Position numbers and translations under genes: made by a program. Positions 19,900-28,005 of a stretch of 64,000 nucleotides of DNA are shown here, one piece after another (position 1 is the stretch's first letter; each line of letters starts with the position of its first letter). Below the pieces are notes generated by a model that had not been told where the DNA came from, searched no databases, and was given only the letters and a program-made list of their open reading frames with translations. Source of the DNA: a virus; the IMG/VR virus record IMGVR_UViG_3300042904_000107, positions 1 through 64,000 of that record; one strand, 5' to 3'.

Positions 19900-20553
19900 G
19901 GCCTAAAATTACTTACCGAGTGGACACCATTTAGGAGTCTCACACTCTTTTCGTTTGTTGTACGGCCGGCAGGCGACCGTAACGTTTCGCTTTGCTAGAC
20001 GGCACATCACCTTCTGGTCATCGTCACAGAACCAATCATGTGGATCCGGATCCGGAAGTACCTCGTGGTGTGGGCAGTCCATGCAATTGTCAATTTGAAT
20101 CAGTGGCATTGTTTGTCCTCACAATGAGCATGCCGCAAATAACTCCAGCGACAAATGTGATGGTAGCAATTACAAGTGTGGTAAGCATCCTAATCAGCCT
20201 GGTGGCTAGTCCGGCTCACGCGGGACTAGCCTAAAGGAGGTGGCGCACTTGCTCAAGGTACGCGCTTTTGGTGGCCAGGCGTCCCCACCAGAATTGTTTC
20301 AGGGCTGTTCAGTAACATAACCAGAGTTTCGAACCTCTCCTATGCTTTTCATGGCACCCGATGCTGAACAAGCTACCAACGAGCGTTCCGCGGACAACTT
20401 AATTCGTTTTCTTCGGATTGTAGATGACCAGTTCACTGAGCGGAGACAAACTAACTCCATTATCCGTTGATCCCACAACTGAATACATCTTGGGATCAAA
20501 TCCTAATTTCGAGAGTAATTCTTCAATGGTTATGGTTATTGTCATAGCGATTC

Positions 20554-20630
20554 TGGAGCCGGTGGAGGCATTCGAAACCTCGCCCTGGGCTTTACAAGAG
20601 CCCCGCTCTGGCCACCTGAGCTACACCGGC
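20554..20630 (-). tRNA. tRNA-Thr(TGT)
   Basis: GGGCT-CTTGTAA-AGCCC, CCA. Confidence 0.92.
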
Positions 20631-21050
20631 TTAAAAACTTTTACCTGCAAGGAAACGTTGTCGTCTCTTATATCGACCATTTCCTTTATTTAGAGCACGA
20701 AACGTAGCCGTCAAACTATGACAGTTCGGACAAATAAGAGTCAAGTTCTCTTCCTGATTGTTATCCGAATTACCATCAATATGTTCCACTTCAAGTGGTA
20801 TCAATCCCGAATGAGGATTAACTTCACACCATCCACACCGACTACATTTACTACCAAACTTTTCAAACAAATACGCTCGAATCTGCCTCGAATACTTCGT
20901 AATCTTACCAGACTTCCAACGACTAATAAACGATGCACGTTGATAAGCACCCTGGCATTTATTACTGCAATACTTCGTTGCTTTTCGGTGTATTTGATCT
21001 CCACAATTCAAACAATATTTGGGAGATCGTTCTTTCTTCTGTCGCGGCAC
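20631..21050 (-). CDS. HNH endonuclease
   Basis: CSRCG, LEVEHIDG..N..NL.LICPNCH; abuts tRNA-Thr. Confidence 0.88.
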   Translation of the reverse strand: MPRQKKERSPKYCLNCGDQIHRKATKYCSNKCQGAYQRASFISRWKSGKITKYSRQIRAYLFEKFGSKCSRCGWCEVNPHSGLIPLEVEHIDGNSDNNQEENLTLICPNCHSLTATFRALNKGNGRYKRRQRFLAGKSF

Positions 21051-21172
21051 AGAATTATCTATGCCGTCAAACCTCCGGTGCGGCCTTGGTATTAGACTGA
21101 TTTATAATGACCGCACGTTATAAAAACTTAGTTCCCTTGTAGGCGTGGACAGACGCCTCGTTAATCATTTAG

Positions 21173-21330
21173 TGCTGAGGCTGGGAGGAATCGAACCTAC
21201 CATTTCATTCAGCAGGCAGCCTCTAGAAAGCTACAGGGGAGTCACCCCCATGTCCACCGAATGGGTGCTGGATACCAGACCACCACTCACTTTAAAGTGA
21301 GCCGTTTTAACCAATAAACGTACAACCCCA
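21173..21330 (-). ncRNA. tRNA-like RNA with 8-bp acceptor and ~85-nt structured variable region
   Basis: TGGGGTTG/CAGCCTCA acceptor, D arm CGTTT/AAACG, CTCAC-TTTAAA-GTGAG, T loop TTCGATT. Confidence 0.7.
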
Positions 21331-21401
21331 CAAAACTGTGGACCCCTAAATCTCTAGGAACTTACAACCAAGGATACAACTTTTGCATGATTTACTCCGC
21401 G

Positions 21402-21568
21402 TGTGGTGTGCTATTACGCCAAAGAATCCACGGCCGAGTTTCCCAACCCAACTATCATCCGCAAAGTTCTCGGCAAAGACTCGATGATAGCCCCGACAAA
21501 GTTGCCGGCTCGGGCGGTAACGCAATTCACTCTTTAAATGATGGCTGCCTCTAAGCCAACATTCCACA
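21402..21568 (-). ncRNA. 23S rRNA H43-H44 (uL11-binding domain) mimic with insertion
   Basis: ATGTTGGCTTAGAGGCAGCCATCATTTAAAGAGT...GCGTAATAGCACAC closed by TGTGG/CCACA. Confidence 0.8.
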
Positions 21569-21849
21569 TATAAACAACTCCGAAGGGCGCTTTCGCACCC
21601 TGAGAACTTCTTTGCAACCGCTCATTCGCGAAATTAAGCAATTGCCTCGCAGCCAAGGGATCAACTTGACGCGGAATTAAATTTGTGAACAACCATTTTC
21701 GGTGGCGCCTTACCGTCTGCTTCGCTCGTTATGTCACGTTTCCTGTGGACTTAATTGTCTCACTATCTCGTGCCGTGACTACCGACTGTCTACGACTTTG
21801 GACGTCTCGGTCGGCGGCTATCCAGAACAACTACCATAATTCTATTATC

Positions 21850-21919
21850 TTGACACATCGGATTTGCACCGATGACTCCCGGTTTAAATTCAGGCACTTT
21901 CCTACTAAGCTAGTGTCAT
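21850..21919 (-). ncRNA. tRNA-like RNA with TTA anticodon, no encoded CCA
   Basis: TGACAC/GTGTCA acceptor, D arm GCTT/AAGT, loop AT-TTA-AA, ATCGG-TGCAAAT-CCGAT. Confidence 0.6.
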
Positions 21920-22035
21920 ACAAATTACGGTATTATACTTCTATCATATTCTCAAGGTACTTTTAATTAATTTTATTTTAATGTATCATTTGGATTTACC
22001 AAATAATCTTAACTGCTCTTGTCTCAACTATTATT

Positions 22036-22064
22036 AGTCTAACATGGTTATAATGGCCTGTCAA
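22036..22064 (-). promoter_or_regulatory. sigma70-type promoter upstream of the ncRNA cluster
   Basis: TTGACA-17-TAGACT with TG. Confidence 0.7.
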
Positions 22065-22090
22065 TATAGGCCATTATATTGTACTACAGG

Positions 22091-22165
22091 TGGCGGGACA
22101 TGGGGGAATTGAACCCCCGTCGCCTGGTAGACAGCCAAGCATCTTAGCCTCTAGAAGAATGTCCC
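22091..22165 (-). tRNA. tRNA-Asp(GTC)
   Basis: loop CT-GTC-TA, G73, CCA. Confidence 0.88.
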
Positions 22166-22376
22166 CAAACTTTATTCCGTTACTTCAAACGCCGCAGTCG
22201 GAAAGATTTGCTCAATCTCGATAACGGTTTCAGGTCCGGTCAACCCAGTAATGAACTTCGCATACAAGTTAAATCCGGGAACATGACCTTTGAGCCAGTA
22301 ACGTACTCTCCTAAAGCATCCGTTCTGATAAACAACTTGGTGACCCACAACAGGGAAACCATATATTTCTTTTCGG

Positions 22377-22583
22377 TCAGCGCTTGGCGCGATAATCGTT
22401 GACATAGAACCCCGAACCGACGAATTTTAACGAAGGCACGGAGATTAAACGTTCAACATGACCATTACAAACATCAGGATCTCCGAGATAATCAGCATGA
22501 GTATCTAGGGGTGGATCCGACATGCGCTGTTTGACGGTGAAGTTTGCCCCACAGCGTCCGCATTCATATTCATAAAACGGCAT
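22377..22583 (-). CDS. FmdB-family zinc-ribbon protein
   Basis: MPFYEYEC..CG..F...QRMSD...FVGSGFYVNDY. Confidence 0.85.
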   Translation of the reverse strand: MPFYEYECGRCGANFTVKQRMSDPPLDTHADYLGDPDVCNGHVERLISVPSLKFVGSGFYVNDYRAKR

Positions 22584-22666
22584 TATTCATACCTTGGAGG
22601 AATTCTATCTAACCTACGTGCATGATAACTCCGGCTAGCTATTGCAGGTCGGGGGAATATAGGTTG

Positions 22667-22752
22667 TGGTAGCCTAGGAGAGACTTGAACTCTCACGGGT
22701 TTCCCCACACGGGTTTGAGCCGTGCGCGTGCTGCCGATTTCGCCACTAGGCT
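22667..22752 (-). tRNA. tRNA-Leu(CAA)
   Basis: CACGG-CTCAAAC-CCGTG, long variable arm, CCA. Confidence 0.92.
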
Positions 22753-23055
22753 GTGAAACCATACCGAATTTTTCGAGTCAGGAGCCATGCTGAGAGCACC
22801 ACGAGGACCGGTGACGCATATGAGCCCATGATACAAAGAGCAATTCCGGACATCAGTCCGAGAAAACCTACCAAAAGCGCAAAGATATCCCAAGCAGTAT
22901 CAATAGCGGGACTGACCGTCAACTTACGATTAAGAACTGTCCAAAGTTTTCTCATAATCACCTCGTTGCAAGATAGAGTAAAATCACCACATCATGCATG
23001 AACTGAGCAAGATATGGCGCATGAATGTAGAGACTTACTACTAATGTACGCATCC

Positions 23056-23130
23056 TGGAGTGACGTGTGAGATTTGAACTCACCCTGACGGTTCCACAGA
23101 CCGTCGTGCTACCACTACACCATCGCCACC
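23056..23130 (-). tRNA. tRNA-His(GTG)
   Basis: loop CT-GTG-GA, encoded G-1, CCA. Confidence 0.9.
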
Positions 23131-23138
23131 AAAATAAT

Positions 23139-23230
23139 TGGTGGGCACAGAAGGATTCGAACCTTCAACGCTCCCTAAGGGAGACTAGTTTTACGGACTA
23201 GTGCAGCCAACCGTATCTGACCTTGTGCCC
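23139..23230 (-). tRNA. tRNA-Tyr(GTA)
   Basis: CTAGT-CCGTAAA-ACTAG (C33), long variable arm, CCA. Confidence 0.85.
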
Positions 23231-23360
23231 TTGCGTTTGCTTCGCAAGGGCACGCATTCCCAATTACTGGGTGGCGTCCTTGCGAAGCTGTGTATGGATT
23301 TGATAATAGCCGTCTTCCATTTTGCTTCGCTCTTTCTAATCCTATTTATAAACTACTCCA

Positions 23361-23436
23361 GGCTCTCCCGTCACCATACGAAGGTGAAGACTTTCTGGCC
23401 AGAAAGCAAAACTCCGCGGCCATTCGCGGCGGGAGA
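23361..23436 (-). ncRNA. cloverleaf tRNA-like RNA without anticodon loop
   Basis: TCTCCCG/CGGGAGA, CCGCG/CGCGG, CTTTCT-GGCC-AGAAAG, TCACC-TTCGTAT-GGTGA. Confidence 0.6.
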
Positions 23437-23447
23437 ACAATAAAGCT

Positions 23448-23524
23448 TGGAGCCACCGGTGAGAGTCGAACTCACTAGACAATGGTTTTGCAGACCATGG
23501 CCTCACCACTTTGGCTTCAGCGGC
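23448..23524 (-). tRNA. tRNA-Cys(GCA)
   Basis: loop CT-GCA-AA, U73, CCA. Confidence 0.9.
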
Positions 23525-23749
23525 TTATGTATGTTTTGCGACAACCCAAATAATCGCGACATCCACAATTGCCTTCAACAAGGCACAGACTATGAGAATG
23601 ACCATTTGTTTTGTCATGAACTACTCCGGAACCCGCGTAGAGGTTTAGCCTCAAGAGATAACGATGGCCTATCGTCTCTCCAACATTATACTCAATCGGT
23701 GTTAACGCCGGCACCATACCGAGTTTTCAATGTTCACGGGCATAAAATT

Positions 23750-23828
23750 TGGTGGACCGCCAGGGATTTGAACCCTGCTGGTATCCTCGGTGCAAGCGAG
23801 GCAAACACCCCAAGCATTTCCGCAGCCC
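23750..23828 (-). tRNA. tRNA-Ala(TGC)
   Basis: CCTCG-CTTGCAC-CGAGG, G3-U70, CCA. Confidence 0.88.
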
Positions 23829-24300
23829 ACGTTACATTAGTATTTAGTCGTCCCTTTGCCTATCCAATGCTGCCGACAAACGAGCGAAGAAGTCCCAATT
23901 TCTACCAGAAATATACAAGCTGCTACGATCCGCACCAAAGTCCTCTGGGAACTTAACCCAGATACCATTAACAGCCTGAGAATATTCTACCACACTCGGA
24001 ATATTGTGTACGTTGGGAACGAGTTTTACTGGAACACCACACGGTAACATCACGTCAACGGTGCGTCCTGCACGCAACAGGCTTACAATTTCTTCCACAC
24101 TCAAATCAGGCAGAATCATAATAATTTTCCTCCAATGAGTGGTAGAGCGGACGTGACACCCGGTGCCACTTTCTCTACTGGCCGCGCAGTTGGTTTCAAG
24201 GCAACTTTACACTCATCATTCAGGGAATAAGGATTTCACGATGTTCCTCAGAGAGCGTGTGCACCGCCCAAAGGTGTTAAGGTGTTCCATGGCACACAAA

Positions 24301-24369
24301 TGAACCGATGGGATTCGAACCCACATCCTCCCCCGCCACGGGGGCGCCCAGCCGTCGAGCTCCGGTTCC
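24301..24369 (-). pseudogene. degenerate tRNA (Pro TGG-like), no CCA
   Basis: good D and T arms (GTGGG-TTCGAAT-CCCAT); anticodon arm CCCCCG-TGG-CGGGGG. Confidence 0.55.
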
Positions 24370-24417
24370 ATAACACAAAAGTCTATCTAACTCCCCCAAG
24401 GGTCCGAAGACCCTGAT

Positions 24418-24494
24418 TGGTAGCCCGCCAGGGAATCGAACCCTGCTAGTCTTGCGTGTAAAGCAAGAGCCTAACCATCCGGCGTCCGCAGGCT
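24418..24494 (-). tRNA. tRNA-Val(TAC)
   Basis: CTTGC-TTTACAC-GCAAG, CCA. Confidence 0.88.
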
Positions 24495-25022
24495 AAATGC
24501 TCAAGCGACCTTCTTGATCCGCGTGTGAGCCAGAGCGTTGCTCATCCAATCGCGTGTCGGATTGGCACGGAGTGAATTCATCGCCTTCTCTGCTCCCTCG
24601 CGTACTCGGAGTCGCAGGTTGGCCGGTATCAACGACCAACACTTCGCACAAAATATGTTTCTGCCTGACGCCTGGTCTGTGCATCCCGGCGTGGCGCATT
24701 TGTGTAGTGCCATGTTAGAATTCGAATGCGTGCTTGGCGTTGGTGGGAATGAACCTGTAGTCACCGATCAGAAACGCATGTTGATGCCGCGTAAGCTGAT
24801 AGGTGTTGACGCCAGTTGCCTTCTCGGCGAGAGCGCCGGCGACCACCTGTTCTCCCCAATTCACCACAGTCTGCTTGGTGCAGGACTTTAAAACGTCGGA
24901 GTCGATAGCAAATTTCTTTGCAAGTGCTGCCAATGCGTGATTAAAGTTCATCATAAAAATTACCCCAATGAGTCTAGACGTTTTCAAGTCTAGACCCATT
25001 CTACTACATTTATTAGGCCATG

Positions 25023-26498
25023 TCAAGCTTCGCGAACGTTTTCAGCATCCGTTTCAAATACACGGATGTAATCGAAAATGCGCTCTGACCAGCCGTCGAT
25101 GTGGTCCCAGCCGTTCTTATAGCTGATTCCGTTCTTCTCATTGCTCACGTTCACCACGTAGTTGAACTTTCCAAGACGCGGTGCAAGAGCAGGATTTGCT
25201 TTTGTGTCGCAATCCTGTTCATCAGTGAAGACGATAACGCGGTCGAATTCCTGGTGTTTCTGTGTCTTGATGTACTCCATACACTGAACCAGGAAGATAC
25301 CGCCGCCACCGATACCGAACTCATGTGATGCATTATGTATCTTCTCCGCTAATGCAAGTCCGTTCAGGTGGTCAGGAACCAATGCTGTCGCGTGTTTACG
25401 GCTAGCATCGCTGCCTGCCGTAACGTATACCACAGACTCTTCACACAAGTTACGCGCCAACAACGCCAGACCGGCTGCTCCGTCGAGACGCGATACTTCC
25501 GACTTACTTGACACGTTTCCGTAGTTCATGCTGCCCGATGTATCAACTACCAACAATGTTCTACCTGGTAGCTTATCCATACCATCAATAGCCTTCAGCA
25601 TGGCAATCTCAATTGACTTCGATAGACGCGGTGCATACTTCGCAGCCGTCATGAAGTTGAACGGTAGTGCCACTCCTACACCCTTCTCAAGGCGCTCGCG
25701 GATCAACTTCTCGTCCACACCAGCAGATAACATATTGCGAAGGTTCTTCAACAAAGCGAATCCGCCTAGTTTATTCTCGCGGATCAAACGCTCCCAAGTC
25801 TCTTTCTTGTTAGCGCCGGACGATAATGCAACTTCCCAGGTGTCTGGTGTCTTAAGTGTATTGTCCACAAGCTTCTTGAACAAGAGCTCCTGTTCACGGT
25901 CCTGCGGCTTCGCATGTGATAAGAACAACACGTCCCGGAGCTTAATGTCATTATCGCGGTTCCACTTTGCAAGCTGGTATTCATCAAACTTCGTGAACGC
26001 CTTTGCCAGGCCACGCTTGACCGAAGCTGATAATGGCTGCTTCTTATCTTTCCAGTACATGGCAAGGAACTCTGCTAATTCATCAGGGCGCTTGATTAGG
26101 CTGGCAACCCCAACCTCGACAACCGTGCCCACATTTACATCATTCCACTTGTACGGAAAACCAGTCTTCGCCAAGTTACCCTGGGTGTACTTTGCCAACT
26201 CGCGAATCACGTAAAGTGGCGCATGGCGCAACTTCATGAAATCTTTCGCTTCTAGAGCGAGATCCAACACGTCATTCGGATGCACGTTCGGGATGATATC
26301 CGAAATGCGCTTTGCAACTGAGTTACCGCCTTCGTAGAAGGAGTTCTCCCATAGAAGCGTGGTCATCAGCGAACGCTGGAGTTGCTTCTTAGCGTTGACT
26401 GTTTGCGCTTTCGCTCCACCAGCCGTAAAGACCTGAGTTTTCTTTGGTGCAACCTTCTTTACCACCTTCACGGTGGATTTCTTATTCACTTTCGCCAT
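25023..26498 (-). CDS. Ro60/Rsr-like TROVE + vWA RNA-binding protein
   Basis: LRHAP, RPDELAEFLA.Y, FDEYQLAKW.R, LRDVLFLSHAKP, PDTWEV.LS, MIDAS DTSGSM, FTDEQ. Confidence 0.93.
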   Translation of the reverse strand: MAKVNKKSTVKVVKKVAPKKTQVFTAGGAKAQTVNAKKQLQRSLMTTLLWENSFYEGGNSVAKRISDIIPNVHPNDVLDLALEAKDFMKLRHAPLYVIRELAKYTQGNLAKTGFPYKWNDVNVGTVVEVGVASLIKRPDELAEFLAMYWKDKKQPLSASVKRGLAKAFTKFDEYQLAKWNRDNDIKLRDVLFLSHAKPQDREQELLFKKLVDNTLKTPDTWEVALSSGANKKETWERLIRENKLGGFALLKNLRNMLSAGVDEKLIRERLEKGVGVALPFNFMTAAKYAPRLSKSIEIAMLKAIDGMDKLPGRTLLVVDTSGSMNYGNVSSKSEVSRLDGAAGLALLARNLCEESVVYVTAGSDASRKHATALVPDHLNGLALAEKIHNASHEFGIGGGGIFLVQCMEYIKTQKHQEFDRVIVFTDEQDCDTKANPALAPRLGKFNYVVNVSNEKNGISYKNGWDHIDGWSERIFDYIRVFETDAENVREA

Positions 26499-26513
26499 AG
26501 TTCCTCCATTGAA

Positions 26514-26936
26514 CTAGGATTTTAACAACTCTTTGGATATGAAGACCAAAGAAGGATACGATTGCTTCTTACCTCGCCTCCCGTAACGCGAGGCGATATT
26601 GAAGTCAATATAATCATCCTCTTCCGGATGACCATGGTAAATCTTTTGACCATTCATTACACCACCGATGCACGGATAAAGCTGGTTCTTACTCTGTTGT
26701 TTCCAAGAACGAATGTACTTCCAACCTTCGTTGTCGTAATTCTCGTAAACATCCGTGACGGTTTGATTTGAAACGTGGTGAGTTGCTGTGTCGTACTCAC
26801 CTGGAATTTCATTCCGCTGATAGTGGTGTTCTGTTTTCATGTAACGTTCAGAACCCCAGGTCGGTTCGCTGTAACCCTTTGGGTTTGAAAACCGACGTTT
26901 TGCGGGGGGATCCAACTTCAATTCTTTTTGAGCCAT
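26514..26936 (-). CDS. hypothetical protein between Y-like RNAs and Ro60
   Basis: 140-aa ORF. Confidence 0.6.
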   Translation of the reverse strand: MAQKELKLDPPAKRRFSNPKGYSEPTWGSERYMKTEHHYQRNEIPGEYDTATHHVSNQTVTDVYENYDNEGWKYIRSWKQQSKNQLYPCIGGVMNGQKIYHGHPEEDDYIDFNIASRYGRRGKKQSYPSLVFISKELLKS

Positions 26937-26957
26937 AATAAAAATGAACTACTCCGA

Positions 26958-27116
26958 TGGTCCGGGACGCAGGATTCGAACCTGCAACTCTCTCGCCTAA
27001 AGAGAAGTAACCGTTATCTACACCACGTTTCTCCCCAGCCGTCATAAGACGGGGAGGAGGACGGGAACAAACGACAACGGATATTTTTAGCGTTATGCCA
27101 GTTTAACTAGCCCCGG
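26958..27116 (-). ncRNA. tRNA-Y RNA chimera (Y module in anticodon position, CCA end)
   Basis: acceptor CCGGGGC/GTCCCGG-A-CCA, D and T arms, internal TGTTCCCG...CGTGGTGTAG..CGGTTACTT module. Confidence 0.75.
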
Positions 27117-27124
27117 AAATTACA

Positions 27125-27238
27125 GGCGGGAACAGACGACTACAGCTTTTATCCTACTGGATTCGAACCAGCAAAGATAGCTTTTAAGGCTATTGTTTAT
27201 CCAAATTAAACTAAGGAACTGTAATCTTTCACCACGCC
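27125..27238 (-). ncRNA. Y-RNA-like RNA carrying a full tRNA-like domain
   Basis: GGCGTGGTGAAA..stem..TGTTCCCGCC enclosing D arm, ATAGC-CTTAAAA-GCTAT, GCTGG-TTCGAAT-CCAGT. Confidence 0.75.
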
Positions 27239-27465
27239 AAATTGACGTAGGGTTCTTGTGTCCAATTAAGGACAGACGAAAAAGCCGCACTCTGAACGAT
27301 TAGAAGGAACCCTTCTGCGTACGGTGCGGTCTTATACCCTATAACTTCCAAATCATCCGGTAACCACTTAGGAAGATTGCCTGCTAAGAATTTTACCATA
27401 GTCTCTACCGAGACTGGCATTAATCGCAAGCCCTTACCTGGGGTTGGATGAGTCCTGAAGTGCAT
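27229..27465 (-). CDS. hypothetical protein
   Basis: 78-aa ORF with GGAG SD. Confidence 0.55.
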   Translation of the reverse strand: MHFRTHPTPGKGLRLMPVSVETMVKFLAGNLPKWLPDDLEVIGYKTAPYAEGFLLIVQSAAFSSVLNWTQEPYVNLAW

Positions 27466-27476
27466 GAACTACTCCG

Positions 27477-27546
27477 GCCGGGAACAGTCGCAATCCGCTT
27501 TTATTTGGCTTATCGTTAGCTAAGTAACGGACTACTTCACCACGGC
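27477..27546 (-). ncRNA. minimal Y-RNA-like module
   Basis: GCCGTGGTGAA..CCGTTACTTAGCTAA..TGTTCCCGGC. Confidence 0.7.
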
Positions 27547-27791
27547 ACTATTATATAGCAAATACAGAATTTCATGTGGACCGCACTGGCTTTACGGAAA
27601 CCAACCAGATTCGGACGTATCAGTTCGGTCTTTCGGCTCGCAATTCTTGGGTGCGGCCTATTCGAGGACCGATAGAGTGAGCGTTTTACCGTTGCCTCAC
27701 CAAGAAAGTGTTAGCAACAACCGAGAACAGTTCAGGTGGCCCGCCGGCCACCACATCTGCCTTGATCCACAATAACCTATCAACTACACCA

Positions 27792-27872
27792 TAAGAGTGG
27801 CGGGAACTATTCGCGGACAGCGCGTTTTAGGAATTAGCTAAGTAACCGTCCACTATCACCACGTCACTCTTA
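27792..27872 (-). ncRNA. minimal Y-RNA-like module
   Basis: GACGTGGTGATA..CGGTTACTTAGCTAA..AGTTCCCGCC with extended closing stem. Confidence 0.7.
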
Positions 27873-27886
27873 ATACTTCGAAAGGG

Positions 27887-27966
27887 ACTCACTGACGACC
27901 AGAATCGAACTGGCACTTACCCGTCGGTCGTTCTCCCATATTAAACTACGTTTCGTATGAACCCCG
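27887..27966 (-). ncRNA. tRNA-like elbow RNA (D and T arms, truncated anticodon arm)
   Basis: GTTT-AATATGGGA-GAAC, ACC-GACG-GGT, GCCAG-TTCGATT-CTGGT, closing GGGGTTCAT/GTGAGTCCC. Confidence 0.6.
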
Positions 27967-27976
27967 ATCTTTAACC

Positions 27977-28005
27977 AGTATACTACGTTTGATTCGGTTT
28001 GTCAA
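27977..28005 (-). promoter_or_regulatory. sigma70-type promoter upstream of the Y-RNA/Ro60 unit
   Basis: TTGACA-17-TATACT. Confidence 0.75.

Noticed and set aside
20204-20231. GGCTAGTCCG...GACTAGCC hairpin resembling vertebrate Y RNA ends
   Set aside because: Short simple hairpin that lacks the motif shared by the four Ro60-adjacent RNAs.
21402-21568. Annotation as a true rRNA gene or host contamination
   Set aside because: Only the H43-44 motif is present, split by an insert and closed by a non-rRNA stem, within continuous phage sequence.
24160-24172. AAAGTGGCACCG match to SpCas9 tracrRNA on the minus strand
   Set aside because: Only 12 nt, with no anti-repeat, cas gene or array; likely chance.
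26958-27872. CRISPR array
   Set aside because: The repeated motifs are bipartite, irregularly spaced and covary as RNA stems; there is no constant repeat-spacer period.
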